Source of the DNA: Polyangiaceae bacterium
GTDB lineage: Bacteria > Desulfobacterota > Binatia > UTPRO1
DNA: 64,000 nt
Direction of reading: 5' to 3'
Assembly (NCBI GenBank): GCA_031400185.1
Contig: JANNPN010000255.1
Span: forward strand, 1,426-65,425
Part shown: in pieces, positions 28,843-38,851 of the stretch
Layout of the letters: the number at the start of each line of letters is the position of its first letter
How positions within the stretch are numbered: position 1 is the first letter of the stretch
The notes under the pieces: model-generated
The model's database searches: none
The model's input: the letters and a program-made list of their open reading frames with translations, nothing else
What the model was told of the DNA's origin: nothing
Position numbers and translations under genes: made by a program

Positions 28843-29496
28843 TCAGGCCGCGCGGGCGCTCAGATACGCGAGGGTCCCGAGCGGGGTCATGCGGTGCTCG
28901 ACCTCGCGAACGTCCGCGAACCCAGCCTCCGCGATCAATGCCGGCAGCTCCCCACGGAGGTTGGCGCCGGTCGTCTCGACGCCATCGAACAACCGGAAGC
29001 TGAGCGCGGCGAGCTGCATCAGCGCGTTCTGCGGCCGCCCCCAGTCGGCGATGTGCAGCTCGCCGCCGGGACGCAAGATCCGGCGGACGAGGGCCTCCCG
29101 CTTCTGCGCCGTCGTCAGGTGGTGGAGGACGAGTGTCGAGAGCACGCGGTCGAACGATGCGGGCGCGAGCGGCGGGTCGGTTGCCGAGCCCTCGACGAGC
29201 CGGACGTCGGCGCCGGCCGCGGCGACTTTGGCGCGCGCGAGCGCGAGGATGCGCGGGTCGATGTCGACACCGGTGACGCACGCGTCCGGATGCGCGTCCT
29301 TGACGAGGAGCACCAGCGTGCCGGTGCCGCACCCGAGGTCGAGCACGTCGTGGCCGGCGGCGATCCGTGCTTGGCGGATCAGATCGCGCTTGATCGCGCG
29401 TTCGCCGACGAGCCACGCGACGGCGTCGTAGAACGGCGTCAGCCAATCCCTCCCGAGCGCGGGTACGAAATCCCGCGGCGCCGCGTCGTCTCTCAT
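28843..29496 (-). CDS. Class I SAM-dependent methyltransferase
   Basis: SAM motif VLDLGCGTG. Start placed at an internal Met preceded by GGGAGG. The 5' part of the track ORF is the overlapping ICMT gene in another frame. Confidence 0.75.
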   Translation of the reverse strand: MRDDAAPRDFVPALGRDWLTPFYDAVAWLVGERAIKRDLIRQARIAAGHDVLDLGCGTGTLVLLVKDAHPDACVTGVDIDPRILALARAKVAAAGADVRLVEGSATDPPLAPASFDRVLSTLVLHHLTTAQKREALVRRILRPGGELHIADWGRPQNALMQLAALSFRLFDGVETTGANLRGELPALIAEAGFADVREVEHRMTPLGTLAYLSARAA

Positions 29497-30101
29497 CCGA
29501 GCCTCCCGATGCCCGGGACGAACCGTCCCGTCGTTGCGGCGTAGGTGCGATACGCCTCGCCGTGCGTACGCAGGAGATACGGCTCCTCGACCGCCCGCAC
29601 CTGGATCTCGAGTGCGATCAGCAGCGCGACGAACGACGCGACCGCGAGCCAGTTCGGCGCGAGCAGGACGAGCCCCGTGCTCGTGCAGATCATCCAGGTG
29701 TAGATGGGGTTGCGGACCCAGCGAAACGGTCCGTGGGCGACGAGGTCCGTCCGCGCGTCGGGGTCGACGCCGACCCGCCATGAGCGGCCCATCGCGATCT
29801 GCGCCGCGAGCGTGCCGCCGATCCCGACGAGCGTGAGGGCCGTCCCGACGGCATAGCCGATCGTCGACGCGGCACCTTCCCAGCCATCGACCCAGCCCGC
29901 GAGCTGCGCGCCGGGAGCACCGAGACCGACGCCCACCGCGGCGACGACGAACAGCACGCCGCCCCACCACTCGACCGACAACGGTCGCCCGGTGATGCCG
30001 ACGATCCCCGTCGTGCCGGTGTCCCGGTAGTGCAGCGTGGCGCGGAGACCGATCGCGAGCACGAGGAAGAGCGTGTAACCGACGAGTGCGAGCTGTGGCA
30101 T
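29493..30101 (-). CDS. Isoprenylcysteine carboxyl methyltransferase (ICMT)/phospholipid methyltransferase family membrane protein
   Basis: Polytopic. C-terminal ICMT-like motifs (HGPFRWVRNPIY, EEPYLLRTHGEAYRTY). RBS GGGAGG. The stop overlaps the downstream methyltransferase start by 4 nt. Confidence 0.7.
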   Translation of the reverse strand: MPQLALVGYTLFLVLAIGLRATLHYRDTGTTGIVGITGRPLSVEWWGGVLFVVAAVGVGLGAPGAQLAGWVDGWEGAASTIGYAVGTALTLVGIGGTLAAQIAMGRSWRVGVDPDARTDLVAHGPFRWVRNPIYTWMICTSTGLVLLAPNWLAVASFVALLIALEIQVRAVEEPYLLRTHGEAYRTYAATTGRFVPGIGRLG

Positions 30102-30168
30102 GACTTGACCTCCCGACCGTCGCCAAGATACGAGCAATTACTCGGATTCGCTACTCGGGTTTGAGCGC

Positions 30169-30840
30169 ATGTATACCGCACGTCGAAACGAGCAACTTCG
30201 TCCGCGAAAACGGCCGGTTCAGGCCCGTTCGCAGCGCACCGTCGACGTCGTGCTGAAGGCCGCGGCTCAGGTTTTCGCCCGCCGTGGTTACTCCGGCGCC
30301 ACTACGAACCACATCGCCGAGCGGGCCGGGGTCTCGATCGGCACTCTGTACGAGTATTTTCCGAGCAAGGACGCGATCCTGGTGGCGCTGCTCGAGGCGC
30401 ACATCCACGAGGGGGAGGCGGTGCTGGTGCGCGCCGCCGGCGACATCGCCGGCAAGTTGCTCCCCCTCGCCGGCACGATCCGGCACCTCGCCCGCGCGAT
30501 GGTCGAGCTCCACGCCCGCGACCGCAACCTCCATCGCGTGCTGTTCGAGGAAGCGCCGCTGCCACGGCGTTTACGCGAGCTGCTGGCCGCCATGGAGGCA
30601 CGTATCACCGACCAGGTCGAGATGCTGCTGCGCGCGTCGCCCGAGGTGACGGTCGCGAATCCCACGCTCGCCGCCGCGGTCGTCGTGAAGACGGTGGAGG
30701 CGCTGACCCACAACCTCGTCGTCCACGGCGAGCGCGGCCGCGACCACGAGATCGACGCATACGTGGAGGAGATCGTGCGGCTGGTGGCGAGCTATCTGAC
30801 GGCCGGTGGCCGAGCGCTGACGGGCGGCGGCCATACGTGA
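30169..30840 (+). CDS. TetR/AcrR family transcriptional regulator
   Basis: HTH GYSGATTNHIAERAGVSIGTLYEYF. Confidence 0.8.
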   Translation: MYTARRNEQLRPRKRPVQARSQRTVDVVLKAAAQVFARRGYSGATTNHIAERAGVSIGTLYEYFPSKDAILVALLEAHIHEGEAVLVRAAGDIAGKLLPLAGTIRHLARAMVELHARDRNLHRVLFEEAPLPRRLRELLAAMEARITDQVEMLLRASPEVTVANPTLAAAVVVKTVEALTHNLVVHGERGRDHEIDAYVEEIVRLVASYLTAGGRALTGGGHT

Positions 30841-31433
30841 GCATGCGCGCCGCCCGCGTCTACCCCATCGCACTCATCGTCTGGTTCTTCGCCGCCTACG
30901 CGCTCGGTGACTCGGGCCGGCTGACGCTGCTCGAGCCGCCGGGGCCGCAGGTGATCATCGCCGTCTTGACGGCCCTCCTGCTCGTCAACAGCGCGATGCT
31001 CCCGGGCTTCCGGAGCTGGCTCGCGAGCCTCGAGCTTCGTCGGCTCGTCGCCGTCCACCTCGCGCGCTTCGTCGGCATCTACTTCCTGGTCCTCTACGGG
31101 CGGGGCCAGCTCCCGTACGACTTCGCGGTCAAAGGCGGATGGGGCGACATCCTGACGGCCACCGGCGCCGTCGCGCTGCTCGTGGTGCCGGGTCTCATTG
31201 CGCGTCCGGCCGCTGTGCTCGCCTGGAACCTCTTCGGCTTCCTCGACATCCTCTTCGTGGTCGCGACTGCGACGCGGCTCGGCACGGCCGATCCGAGCTC
31301 GCTCCGGGCCCTCCTGCGCTTGCCGCTCAGCCTCCTTCCGACCTTCCTCGTGCCGCTCATCATCGCGACCCACGTCTGGATCTTCGCGCGTCTCTGGAAG
31401 GCGTACGTTGAACCGGACCATTCGCTGCGCTAG
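30837..31433 (+). CDS. Hypothetical polytopic membrane protein
   Basis: GTG/ATG start overlaps the TetR stop. Five or six hydrophobic helices. No recognisable motif. Confidence 0.5.
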   Translation: MSMRAARVYPIALIVWFFAAYALGDSGRLTLLEPPGPQVIIAVLTALLLVNSAMLPGFRSWLASLELRRLVAVHLARFVGIYFLVLYGRGQLPYDFAVKGGWGDILTATGAVALLVVPGLIARPAAVLAWNLFGFLDILFVVATATRLGTADPSSLRALLRLPLSLLPTFLVPLIIATHVWIFARLWKAYVEPDHSLR

Positions 31434-31443
31434 TCCCGGCGCC

Positions 31444-32238
31444 ATGCGCTCATACCAAGTGGCAGTGAGAGTCGTGGTCGTCCTTGCGCTCCTGTGCTCC
31501 GCCGCCTGCGTGCGGAGGACCCAGATCCGTCCGCCGAGCAATCCGTACATCAATCTCGACACCGCGCGCGCGATCATTCAGGCCCCGGACCGTTCGGCCG
31601 ATGATCGCGCGCTCGATGCGGGCCGACACCCGGACCAGCTGCTGACCTTCATCGGCGTAGCGAAGGGCATGCGGGTCGCGGAGATCGGGTCGGGGCTCGG
31701 CTACACGACCGAGCTCCTTGCCCGTGCGGTCGGGCCGACGGGCGTCGTCTACGGGCAGAACAACAAGTTCATCCGCGAGCGATTCGCCGAGAAGCCGTGG
31801 ACCGAGCGCCTCACGAAACCGACGATGAAGCCGGTCGTGCGCGTCGACCGCGAGTTCGACGACCCGCTGCCGCCGGAGGCGAAGAACCTCGACGCGGTCG
31901 TGAACGTGTTGCTCTACCACGACACCGTCTGGATGAAGACCGATCGGGCGTCGATGAACCGGGCGATCTATGCGGCGCTGAAGCCGGGCGGGGTCTACGT
32001 GATCGTGGACCATTCGGGCCGCGCCGGCACCGGCATTACCGAGACGCAGACGCTGCATCGCATCGAGGAGAAGGTCCTCCGCGAGGAGGTCGAGGCCGCC
32101 GGCTTCAAGCTGGTCGCCGACGCGGGCTTCCTCCGCAATCCCGCCGACACCCGCGACTGGAGCGCCTCCCCCCGCACCGCCGGCGAACGCCGCGGCACCA
32201 GCGACCGCTTCGTCCTGAAGTTCGTCCGCCCCAGCTAG
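31444..32238 (+). CDS. Class I SAM-dependent methyltransferase with lipoprotein-type signal peptide
   Basis: Signal peptide VVLALLCSAAC. Motif I VAEIGSGLGYTT. Methyltransf_11-like. Confidence 0.7.
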   Translation: MRSYQVAVRVVVVLALLCSAACVRRTQIRPPSNPYINLDTARAIIQAPDRSADDRALDAGRHPDQLLTFIGVAKGMRVAEIGSGLGYTTELLARAVGPTGVVYGQNNKFIRERFAEKPWTERLTKPTMKPVVRVDREFDDPLPPEAKNLDAVVNVLLYHDTVWMKTDRASMNRAIYAALKPGGVYVIVDHSGRAGTGITETQTLHRIEEKVLREEVEAAGFKLVADAGFLRNPADTRDWSASPRTAGERRGTSDRFVLKFVRPS

Positions 32239-32339
32239 CGCACTCCACAAGACAGATTGAACTGCAGTACCGTCGACACGGGGTCGCGGCGCTCAACCCC
32301 CGACTCGCTCCCGCTCGCGCCCGCGCTCTGCAAGCGGAG

Positions 32340-32939
32340 TCACGGTGAGGTGCAGCTCGCGGGCGCCGGGGCGTGCTTGGCGAGGTACTGCTTGCCGTTG
32401 GAGCCGTCGTGCACGACCTTGGTCGGGGGCGGTCCGAACGTCGCGCAATTCCGGACCGGATCGCTGCCGAGCCGGAGCGTGACGTCGATATTTCCTTGCG
32501 GCCCACCGAGCAGTGGGTAGGTAACGTGCGGGCTACGGCACCGGACTTGGATGAAGTGCCCGTGCTTCACGACCACCTTGCTGCACGACGCACCCGAGCG
32601 GTCCCGGTAGATGTAGTCCGTATTGAATACGCTGCTCGCCGAGCCGTTCGGCGACCGCCATCCCTGACATGGCAGAGTGATCGTGAACTCGTTGCCCGAC
32701 GCGCCGTTCACGCGGATCGACGCACCGCCGCCTCCGGCCGCGTCGCACCGCGGATCGCCCGTGCTGCCGAAGTTGCCGCTGTCGACGGTGGTGTCCTTGA
32801 CCTTGAAGGTGAGGCCGTGGCCCGGATACGGCGCGATCCTCAGCTGCAAGCCTTCGACGGTGCCCGCGTGCACGCGGGACGTTGCGGAGAGGAGGAAGAG
32901 GGTGGCGAAGCCGAGCCAGGCAGCGCAGGTCCACGGCAT
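32340..32939 (-). CDS. Hypothetical secreted Cys-containing protein
   Basis: Signal peptide ending AGT. Eight Cys residues. No recognisable family. Confidence 0.5.
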   Translation of the reverse strand: MPWTCAAWLGFATLFLLSATSRVHAGTVEGLQLRIAPYPGHGLTFKVKDTTVDSGNFGSTGDPRCDAAGGGGASIRVNGASGNEFTITLPCQGWRSPNGSASSVFNTDYIYRDRSGASCSKVVVKHGHFIQVRCRSPHVTYPLLGGPQGNIDVTLRLGSDPVRNCATFGPPPTKVVHDGSNGKQYLAKHAPAPASCTSP

Positions 32940-33010
32940 GGGGGACTCCTTTCGACGCCAGTAGAGTGCCCGAACGCTACTGCGGGTCCCGGCGCGGGGT
33001 CAACCATCTT

Positions 33011-33364
33011 CTAGACTTCGAGACCCCATTTCCGCTTGTTCGCTTCGATCTCGACCGACGTGGGGTGCTCCTTCTTCTCGGTCGGGCTGACCTCGAAGTC
33101 GTCCTTGAGCTCCATCATCTTGTAGTTGAGCGGGGTGTCGTCGGCGAAGGGAGCGGGCACGGCCGCCTCTTCGAAGATGGCCTGCCAGGGGCACTCCGGC
33201 TCGCACGCCCCGCAATCGATGCACTCGTCGGGGTGGATGTAGAGCTGGTTGGGAAAGGTCTCGTGGTCGGTGCCCTTGTAGGCGTAGATGCAGTCGACGG
33301 GGCAGACGGTGACGCACGCGGTATCGACGCAATCGCGGCAGAGGCGCGTGATGATGTAAGCCAT
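33011..33364 (-). CDS. fdxA: Ferredoxin (FdxA-type, [3Fe-4S][4Fe-4S])
   Basis: [17 protein letters not shown] and [12 protein letters not shown] cluster motifs. 117 aa with a typical C-terminal extension. Confidence 0.85.
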   Translation of the reverse strand: MAYIITRLCRDCVDTACVTVCPVDCIYAYKGTDHETFPNQLYIHPDECIDCGACEPECPWQAIFEEAAVPAPFADDTPLNYKMMELKDDFEVSPTEKKEHPTSVEIEANKRKWGLEV

Positions 33365-33397
33365 GGGCGCGGTTTTTGCCGGTTCCGAACGGCCGTG

Positions 33398-35980
33398 TCA
33401 AAGCAGCATCAGCCGGCGGATCGCCACGTCTGCAAGCACGAGCAGCAACGCGAACGGGACCAGATAGGGGTCGAGCGGGATCGTCTCGTGGCGGACGCCC
33501 GGGCGGGCCGCGAGGACGCGCGCGGGTTCCGCCTCGACGGCACCGCCGGTCGTTTGCGTGACGGCGCGGAGCAGCGTCGTGTTCGGCGCCACCCGCTGGA
33601 GCTCGCGGCGGCTCTCCGTGGTCGCCGGGATTTCGAGGTCGAGACGCTCCTCGACCGCGCTCGGTCCCGACAGCAGGACGGCCGGATGGAGACCCGGGCG
33701 CAGGTTCGGCACGGTCGCGGCGAAGCTCCGCGGCCCGACCTGGCGGAGCACGACGTCGTCGCCGCCATCGAGGCGGAGCGTGAAGGGACCGCTCGTGTCG
33801 TCGACCGTGTCGAGCACGATGCGGGTCCCGTCGCGGCGCCGGATCGCCTCGAGGTGATGGTCGCTCGGGAGCCCGCGTGCCGCCGTCCATTCGGCGAGCT
33901 GCGTCCAGAGCTTCGCGAAGCCGCGCCAGGTCGGCCAGGCGGATGCCCCGCCTTGGAAGTCGAGCGGCACGACCGCGGCCCGCCCGAGCTCGTACTGCCA
34001 CGTCGTGAGCAGCGGGTCGCGCGCCTCGCCGTCCTCGACCCAGAGCCGTACCTCGGCGCCGTGCTTGCTCTCGACGACCGCCCAGCGCGAGACGCCGGGG
34101 AGCTCCTTCTCCTCGATGCCGGCGAGGATGGGCCCGCCGTCGCCGACCCGCGGCGGCATCTCGCGCCGCTGGGTCGAGCGTCCCATGAGGCGCTGGGCGT
34201 CGCGGATCATGAGCTGCGGCAGCTGCGCCACGTCCTCCACGTGATGGAAGGTACCGCCGGTCGCGCGCGAGATCGCGTCGAGCAGGTCGAGGTTCACCGT
34301 GTCGCTGCCGATGCGGATGCTCGTCACGGTGATCTCGGCGCGCGCGAGCGCGGCGATCTGCTCCGCGTGGTCTTCGGCGGCGCGATTGCTGTCGCCGTCG
34401 GTCAGGAGGATCACGTGGCGCACCGGCCGGCCCGAGGCGACCAGGTTCCGCCGCGCGATGTCGAGCGCTTCCTTGAAGTCGGTGCCCCCGCCGTACTGGA
34501 TCGACTGGATCTTGGCGGCGAGCGCGGCGCGCGTCTCGCCGGCCGGCGAGAGCGGACCGAGCTCGTACGGCTGCGAGTCGAAGGCGATCGTCGCCACGAG
34601 ATCGCGCTCGCCGAGCTGGTCGAGGACGGCGAGCGCCGCGCGCTTCGCGTACGCCATCTTCTCGCCGTTGTGCAGGGTCGGTTGGTGGCTCGCGTAGCCC
34701 ATGCTGTTGGAGCGGTCGATCACGAGGTAGAGCGCGATCGGCTCGCGCTCCTGCGGCGTCGCCGCTTGCGCGTGCAGTGTCACCGGCAGCACGCGCTCGA
34801 GCGCGCTGCCGGCGAACGCCGTGTCGCCGAAAAAATGCTCGCCGCCCGTCGCGACGAGCCCGCCGCCGCGTGCGACCCAGGCCGTCAACCCTTCGAGGGT
34901 TGCGTCGGCGAGGTCGCCACGCGCGAGGTCGTCGAGGATCACGAGGTGGTACGCGTCGAGCCGGCCGACCCGGTCGGCGAGCGCGTGCGGCGGGACGACC
35001 TCGACGTGCATGCCGCGTTCGGCGAGCGCGGTGGCGACGACCGGTGCCGGGCGCTCGCTGACGATCAGCACGTGGAGCGGCCGCGTCACGGCGACGCTCG
35101 CGCGGGCGCGCGCCGCGAGCGCCTCGGCGCCGTCGGGCAGGGTGAGCTCGGCCTCGAGCGCGTACTGCCCGGCACCCCGCAGACGATACGGGAGCGCGAT
35201 GACGTTGAGCCCGGGAGCCAAGCGCGCGCGCTCGCGCGTGAGCGCGTCGCCGTTCGCGGCGAGGCGCAGCTCGGCCGAGATGGCCCGCGGCGCGCGGCTT
35301 TCGACCACGAGCTCGAGCGGCAGGACGGTGTGCTCCGGCGCGAACGCGGGCGCCAGCACGCGCCGGATGACGGCGGTCGGGAGGTCGGCCTGGCTCGGGA
35401 TGAACGCGAAGACCGGGAGGCGGGTGCCGGAACGGACGGCTTCGGCTTGCAGGCTGCCCTCGGTCTCGTTGCCGTCGGTGAAGAGCAGGAGGGCGCTCTC
35501 CCGACCGGCCGGGCAAAGCGCGCTCGCCGTCGTAAAGGCCGCGGCGAGATCGGTGTCGCCGCTTTCGAAACCCGTGACGTCGGTCGCGGGCGGCGGCAAC
35601 AGCGCCGCGCTCTGCCGGACGCCGCGGCGTGGGTGGGCGACGACCCGCGTTCGCGCGGCGAACGCGACGGAGCCGATCAGGTCGTCGGGGCCGAGGCGCG
35701 GCAGCAGCCCGTCGAGCACCTGGCGCGCGCGGTCGCTCGCGGCGTTCCGCACGCTCGCCGACACGTCGATCGCCGCGACGAGGCAGGTGCCGGCCGCCGG
35801 CCGCGCGCGCTCGAGGTGCACCCCCGCGAGAAGCGCGATCATCGTCGCAGTCGCGCCGGTTCGGACGAGGGTGGCGAGGACGATCGTCCGCGTCATCTGC
35901 CCGCGCCCACGTCGTACGAAGAAGAGCGACAGCGCCGCCAAGAGCAGCAGGAAGACGGGCGCATCGGCCTGGACCGTCAT
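33398..35980 (-). CDS. VWA domain membrane protein (BatB-like aerotolerance-operon protein)
   Basis: N-terminal TM helices. Two VWA MIDAS motifs (DVSASV; VIDRSNSM). ATG overlaps the upstream gene stop (ATGA). The 1338-aa track ORF in this region is an antisense/alternate-frame artefact. Confidence 0.7.
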   Translation of the reverse strand: MTVQADAPVFLLLLAALSLFFVRRGRGQMTRTIVLATLVRTGATATMIALLAGVHLERARPAAGTCLVAAIDVSASVRNAASDRARQVLDGLLPRLGPDDLIGSVAFAARTRVVAHPRRGVRQSAALLPPPATDVTGFESGDTDLAAAFTTASALCPAGRESALLLFTDGNETEGSLQAEAVRSGTRLPVFAFIPSQADLPTAVIRRVLAPAFAPEHTVLPLELVVESRAPRAISAELRLAANGDALTRERARLAPGLNVIALPYRLRGAGQYALEAELTLPDGAEALAARARASVAVTRPLHVLIVSERPAPVVATALAERGMHVEVVPPHALADRVGRLDAYHLVILDDLARGDLADATLEGLTAWVARGGGLVATGGEHFFGDTAFAGSALERVLPVTLHAQAATPQEREPIALYLVIDRSNSMGYASHQPTLHNGEKMAYAKRAALAVLDQLGERDLVATIAFDSQPYELGPLSPAGETRAALAAKIQSIQYGGGTDFKEALDIARRNLVASGRPVRHVILLTDGDSNRAAEDHAEQIAALARAEITVTSIRIGSDTVNLDLLDAISRATGGTFHHVEDVAQLPQLMIRDAQRLMGRSTQRREMPPRVGDGGPILAGIEEKELPGVSRWAVVESKHGAEVRLWVEDGEARDPLLTTWQYELGRAAVVPLDFQGGASAWPTWRGFAKLWTQLAEWTAARGLPSDHHLEAIRRRDGTRIVLDTVDDTSGPFTLRLDGGDDVVLRQVGPRSFAATVPNLRPGLHPAVLLSGPSAVEERLDLEIPATTESRRELQRVAPNTTLLRAVTQTTGGAVEAEPARVLAARPGVRHETIPLDPYLVPFALLLVLADVAIRRLMLL

Positions 35981-37842
35981 CGCGCCTCTCCGTGAATCTG
36001 CTGTCGCGGCATCTGCTGCCGCCGCCAGAACGCCCACTCGAGCCCGAGCAGGACCAGCGCGGCACCGTACAGCCAGCGCGCGAGCGGACGCCCGCCGCGC
36101 TCCGGCGGCGGCGCGTCCTCGTGGACGGTGGCGAGCCATTCGCCGGCGCCACTCCTTCCAATGTCGGACTCGCGATCGTCGAAGAGGTTGGCGAGCACCA
36201 GGCGCTCGGCGCCGGCCGGTCCGACCCGCGAGATGCCGGCGCGCTCGGCGGTCACGACCGCCGGGTCGCCGACGATCTCGACGTCGCCGTCGATGGGCGC
36301 GGTCGGTCCGGCGCCGGCGAGCGTCGGCCGACCGGTCTCGACGACGAGGGCGCTCGGCCCGAACGGTTCGCCGAGCCAGCGCAGCGTCGCGAGCGTCAAC
36401 AGCAAGAGCGGCAGGCGATCCGACGACGCGAGGCCGGCGCCGAGCTCGGCCCCGAGACACGCCGTCCGCCGTCCGTTCCGCTCGCCGGCGATCAGGAGCG
36501 AGAAGGCGGCTTCCGCGGACGCTGCGAGCACGATCGGGTCGCCCCAGTCGGCGTCGCCGAGCTGGCTCGTGCCTGCCACCCCGATCGCTTGGAGCGCCCC
36601 GAGTCCCGCCAGCGCTGGATGGTCGTCGTCCCAGTCGACGACGACCGCGTCCCTGCGCCGGCCTGCGCTCGGGCACACGTCGTTGCCCTCGGGTGGTGCG
36701 ACGAACAGCGCGTTGGTCGCTAGCGGCAGTGTCGCGGGCACGAACCCGTCGAAGAGCGCGACCCGCCGGCCTGCGGGCGGCGTCGCGCTGTATTGCGCGC
36801 GCGAGGTCACCTCGATGCGGCTTCCGGCGATCGCCGCCGCGACGCCGGCGAACGCGTCGGCGAGCGCGCGCGAGTCCGTGACGAGCAGGAGGTCGAGCGC
36901 CGAACCGGGGCCGATCCACGCGGTCGCGTGGTCGTCGACGGCGAGCGCGTCGTCCGTGCCGATCCGTACCACGACGGGGCCGCTCGCGGGCGGGCGCGTG
37001 AGCAGCACGTGCTCCGTCGCGCGCGGCGCGAGCGTGAGCGTGCGCCGCGCCCACGCCGTTCCCGCGACGTGGGCCTCGAGCACGACCTCGCGCGTCGTGC
37101 GGGCGTAATTCCGGACGTCGACGGTGGCCGTCGTGTCGCTCGGGCCGTGGAAGGGCGGGGTCGACACCGTGATCCCGGCGATCGCGACGTTGTCGTCGGT
37201 GCGGCCGAGCTGGACGTAGTCGACGTGCGCGCGAACCTCGGGCGCGAGACCGCTCGTCTCGGGTGGCAGATCGGTGAAGACCACCACGCGGGCGCCGGCG
37301 CGATCGGCGGCGAGCCCGCGCGCGAGCTCGAGCGCGGGTGCAAGATCGGTCGGGGTGTCGGCCGGCACGATCGCTTCGAGGGCGGCACGGATGCTCGCCT
37401 GGTCCGCCGTCCACGGCAGCACGACCCGCGCGCGCGACCCGGCCGTCACCAGCAGGACGTCGTCGCCCGTCGCGACGTCGGCGATGCGTGCGAGCGCGCG
37501 GCGCCGCGCCGTCTCGAAGCGCGTGCCGTCGTCCTCCATGGCCTGCATGCTCGCGGAGACGTCGAGCACGACCACGAGCGGCGTCCCCGGCGGCGGTGGC
37601 TCGGCATCGTCGAGGACGGGCCGGACGTAGGCGCCGACGAGTGCGAGGACGAGCAGCAGCTGGGCGATGAACAGCAGGTCGGGGCGGAACCGCCGCCGAT
37701 CGCGCGGCGGCATCGGGACCTGCTGCCAGAGGAACAGCGTGCCGACCGGGATCGTCCGGCGCCGACGGTCGTAGAGGTAGAGCAGGACCAGCACCGCGAC
37801 CGCGGCGAGCGCAACGAGGCCGGTCGGGTGGCCGAGGCTCAC
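35977..37842 (-). CDS. VWA domain membrane protein (BatA-like)
   Basis: N-terminal double TM with LWQQ motif. MIDAS DVSASM. 621 aa. Confidence 0.7.
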   Translation of the reverse strand: MSLGHPTGLVALAAVAVLVLLYLYDRRRRTIPVGTLFLWQQVPMPPRDRRRFRPDLLFIAQLLLVLALVGAYVRPVLDDAEPPPPGTPLVVVLDVSASMQAMEDDGTRFETARRRALARIADVATGDDVLLVTAGSRARVVLPWTADQASIRAALEAIVPADTPTDLAPALELARGLAADRAGARVVVFTDLPPETSGLAPEVRAHVDYVQLGRTDDNVAIAGITVSTPPFHGPSDTTATVDVRNYARTTREVVLEAHVAGTAWARRTLTLAPRATEHVLLTRPPASGPVVVRIGTDDALAVDDHATAWIGPGSALDLLLVTDSRALADAFAGVAAAIAGSRIEVTSRAQYSATPPAGRRVALFDGFVPATLPLATNALFVAPPEGNDVCPSAGRRRDAVVVDWDDDHPALAGLGALQAIGVAGTSQLGDADWGDPIVLAASAEAAFSLLIAGERNGRRTACLGAELGAGLASSDRLPLLLLTLATLRWLGEPFGPSALVVETGRPTLAGAGPTAPIDGDVEIVGDPAVVTAERAGISRVGPAGAERLVLANLFDDRESDIGRSGAGEWLATVHEDAPPPERGGRPLARWLYGAALVLLGLEWAFWRRQQMPRQQIHGEAR

Positions 37843-37852
37843 GGCGCGCTCG

Positions 37853-38851
37853 TCACCGGCGCCGCACGAGGCCGGCGCGCGCCAGCTCGCCGGTCACGAA
37901 CGTCCCGAGGTCGGTGCCGGCGACGAGGCGCGAGTACGAGCAGCGCGTACGCTCGGCGACGGCGCGGAGCGCCGAGAGGTGGCGGTCGAGCACTTCGCCG
38001 TAGAGCGCGGCGATGCCCGCGTCGAGGGCGATCGGCCGCGTCGCGCCCGACTCGACGTCGACGAGCACGCCGCGCGTGAAGCTGCCCGCGGGGTCGAGCT
38101 CGCTCGCGCCGACCACGTGCAGCACGTGCACCTCGAAGCGGCGCGCTTGGAGTGCCAGCACGCCGCGCTCGACGTCGGCGGGATCGGTCATGAGGTCGGA
38201 GACGAGGAGCGCCGCGCCGGCCTCGGGATGCCGTCGCGCGTAGTCCTCGCACGCGGCGCCGAGCTGCAGCGTTCCGGCGGCCGAGGACGTCGCGAGCAGC
38301 TCGAAGATCGCGAGCGCGCTCCGGCGTTGGCGATGGACGGGCGACGTCACCACGGGGCCCGTACCGCCGAGCACCGCGACGCGGGCGGCGTCACCCGCCG
38401 CGAGCGCAATGTAAGCGAGCACGGTCACGAGGGCGCGCGCGCTTGCGAGCTTCCCGTCCTTCGGCGGCGCGTCCATCGACGCGCTCCCGTCGAGCAGGAT
38501 GTGAAAGAGGACCTCGCGCTCTGCGGTGAACCGGCGGACGAGGAGCGCGTCGAGGCGGGCCATCGCGTGCCAGTCGAGATGGCGGAGGTCGTCGCCCGGC
38601 GTGTAGGTGCTGTAGGCTTCGACCTCGACGCCCGACGGCTGAGCGTGGCCGGGAAAGCGCCGCTCGCCCGGCCGTTCGCCCATGCCGCGCCGGACGTGCA
38701 GCGCGAGCCCGTCGAAGCGCGTCAGCGCGAGTCGGTTGAAGCGCGCGAGCGCGTGCTCATCGACCCGCCGGGGCGCGCGTGCATCGACGCGCCGGGGCCC
38801 GAGCTCGTCGACGCGCGCCGGCGCTGGGCGGTCCGGCGCCGCCGTGCTCAC
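37853..38851 (-). CDS. DUF58 family protein (MoxR-associated, VWA-like)
   Basis: GTG start overlaps the MoxR stop (GTGA). DUF58 core (EAYSTYTPGDDLRHLDWHAMARLDALLVRRF, ILLDGSASMD). Confidence 0.7.
   Translation of the reverse strand: MSTAAPDRPAPARVDELGPRRVDARAPRRVDEHALARFNRLALTRFDGLALHVRRGMGERPGERRFPGHAQPSGVEVEAYSTYTPGDDLRHLDWHAMARLDALLVRRFTAEREVLFHILLDGSASMDAPPKDGKLASARALVTVLAYIALAAGDAARVAVLGGTGPVVTSPVHRQRRSALAIFELLATSSAAGTLQLGAACEDYARRHPEAGAALLVSDLMTDPADVERGVLALQARRFEVHVLHVVGASELDPAGSFTRGVLVDVESGATRPIALDAGIAALYGEVLDRHLSALRAVAERTRCSYSRLVAGTDLGTFVTGELARAGLVRRR

Noticed and set aside
33398-37414. 1338-aa ORF on the minus strand (also the 1053-aa ORF at 33000-36161 and the 1037-aa plus-strand ORF at 32882-35995)
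   Set aside because: Arg/Ser/Pro/Gly-rich low-complexity translations typical of wrong-frame or antisense reading in 70% GC DNA. The region is better explained by the two VWA genes in the frame that has MIDAS motifs and TM helices.
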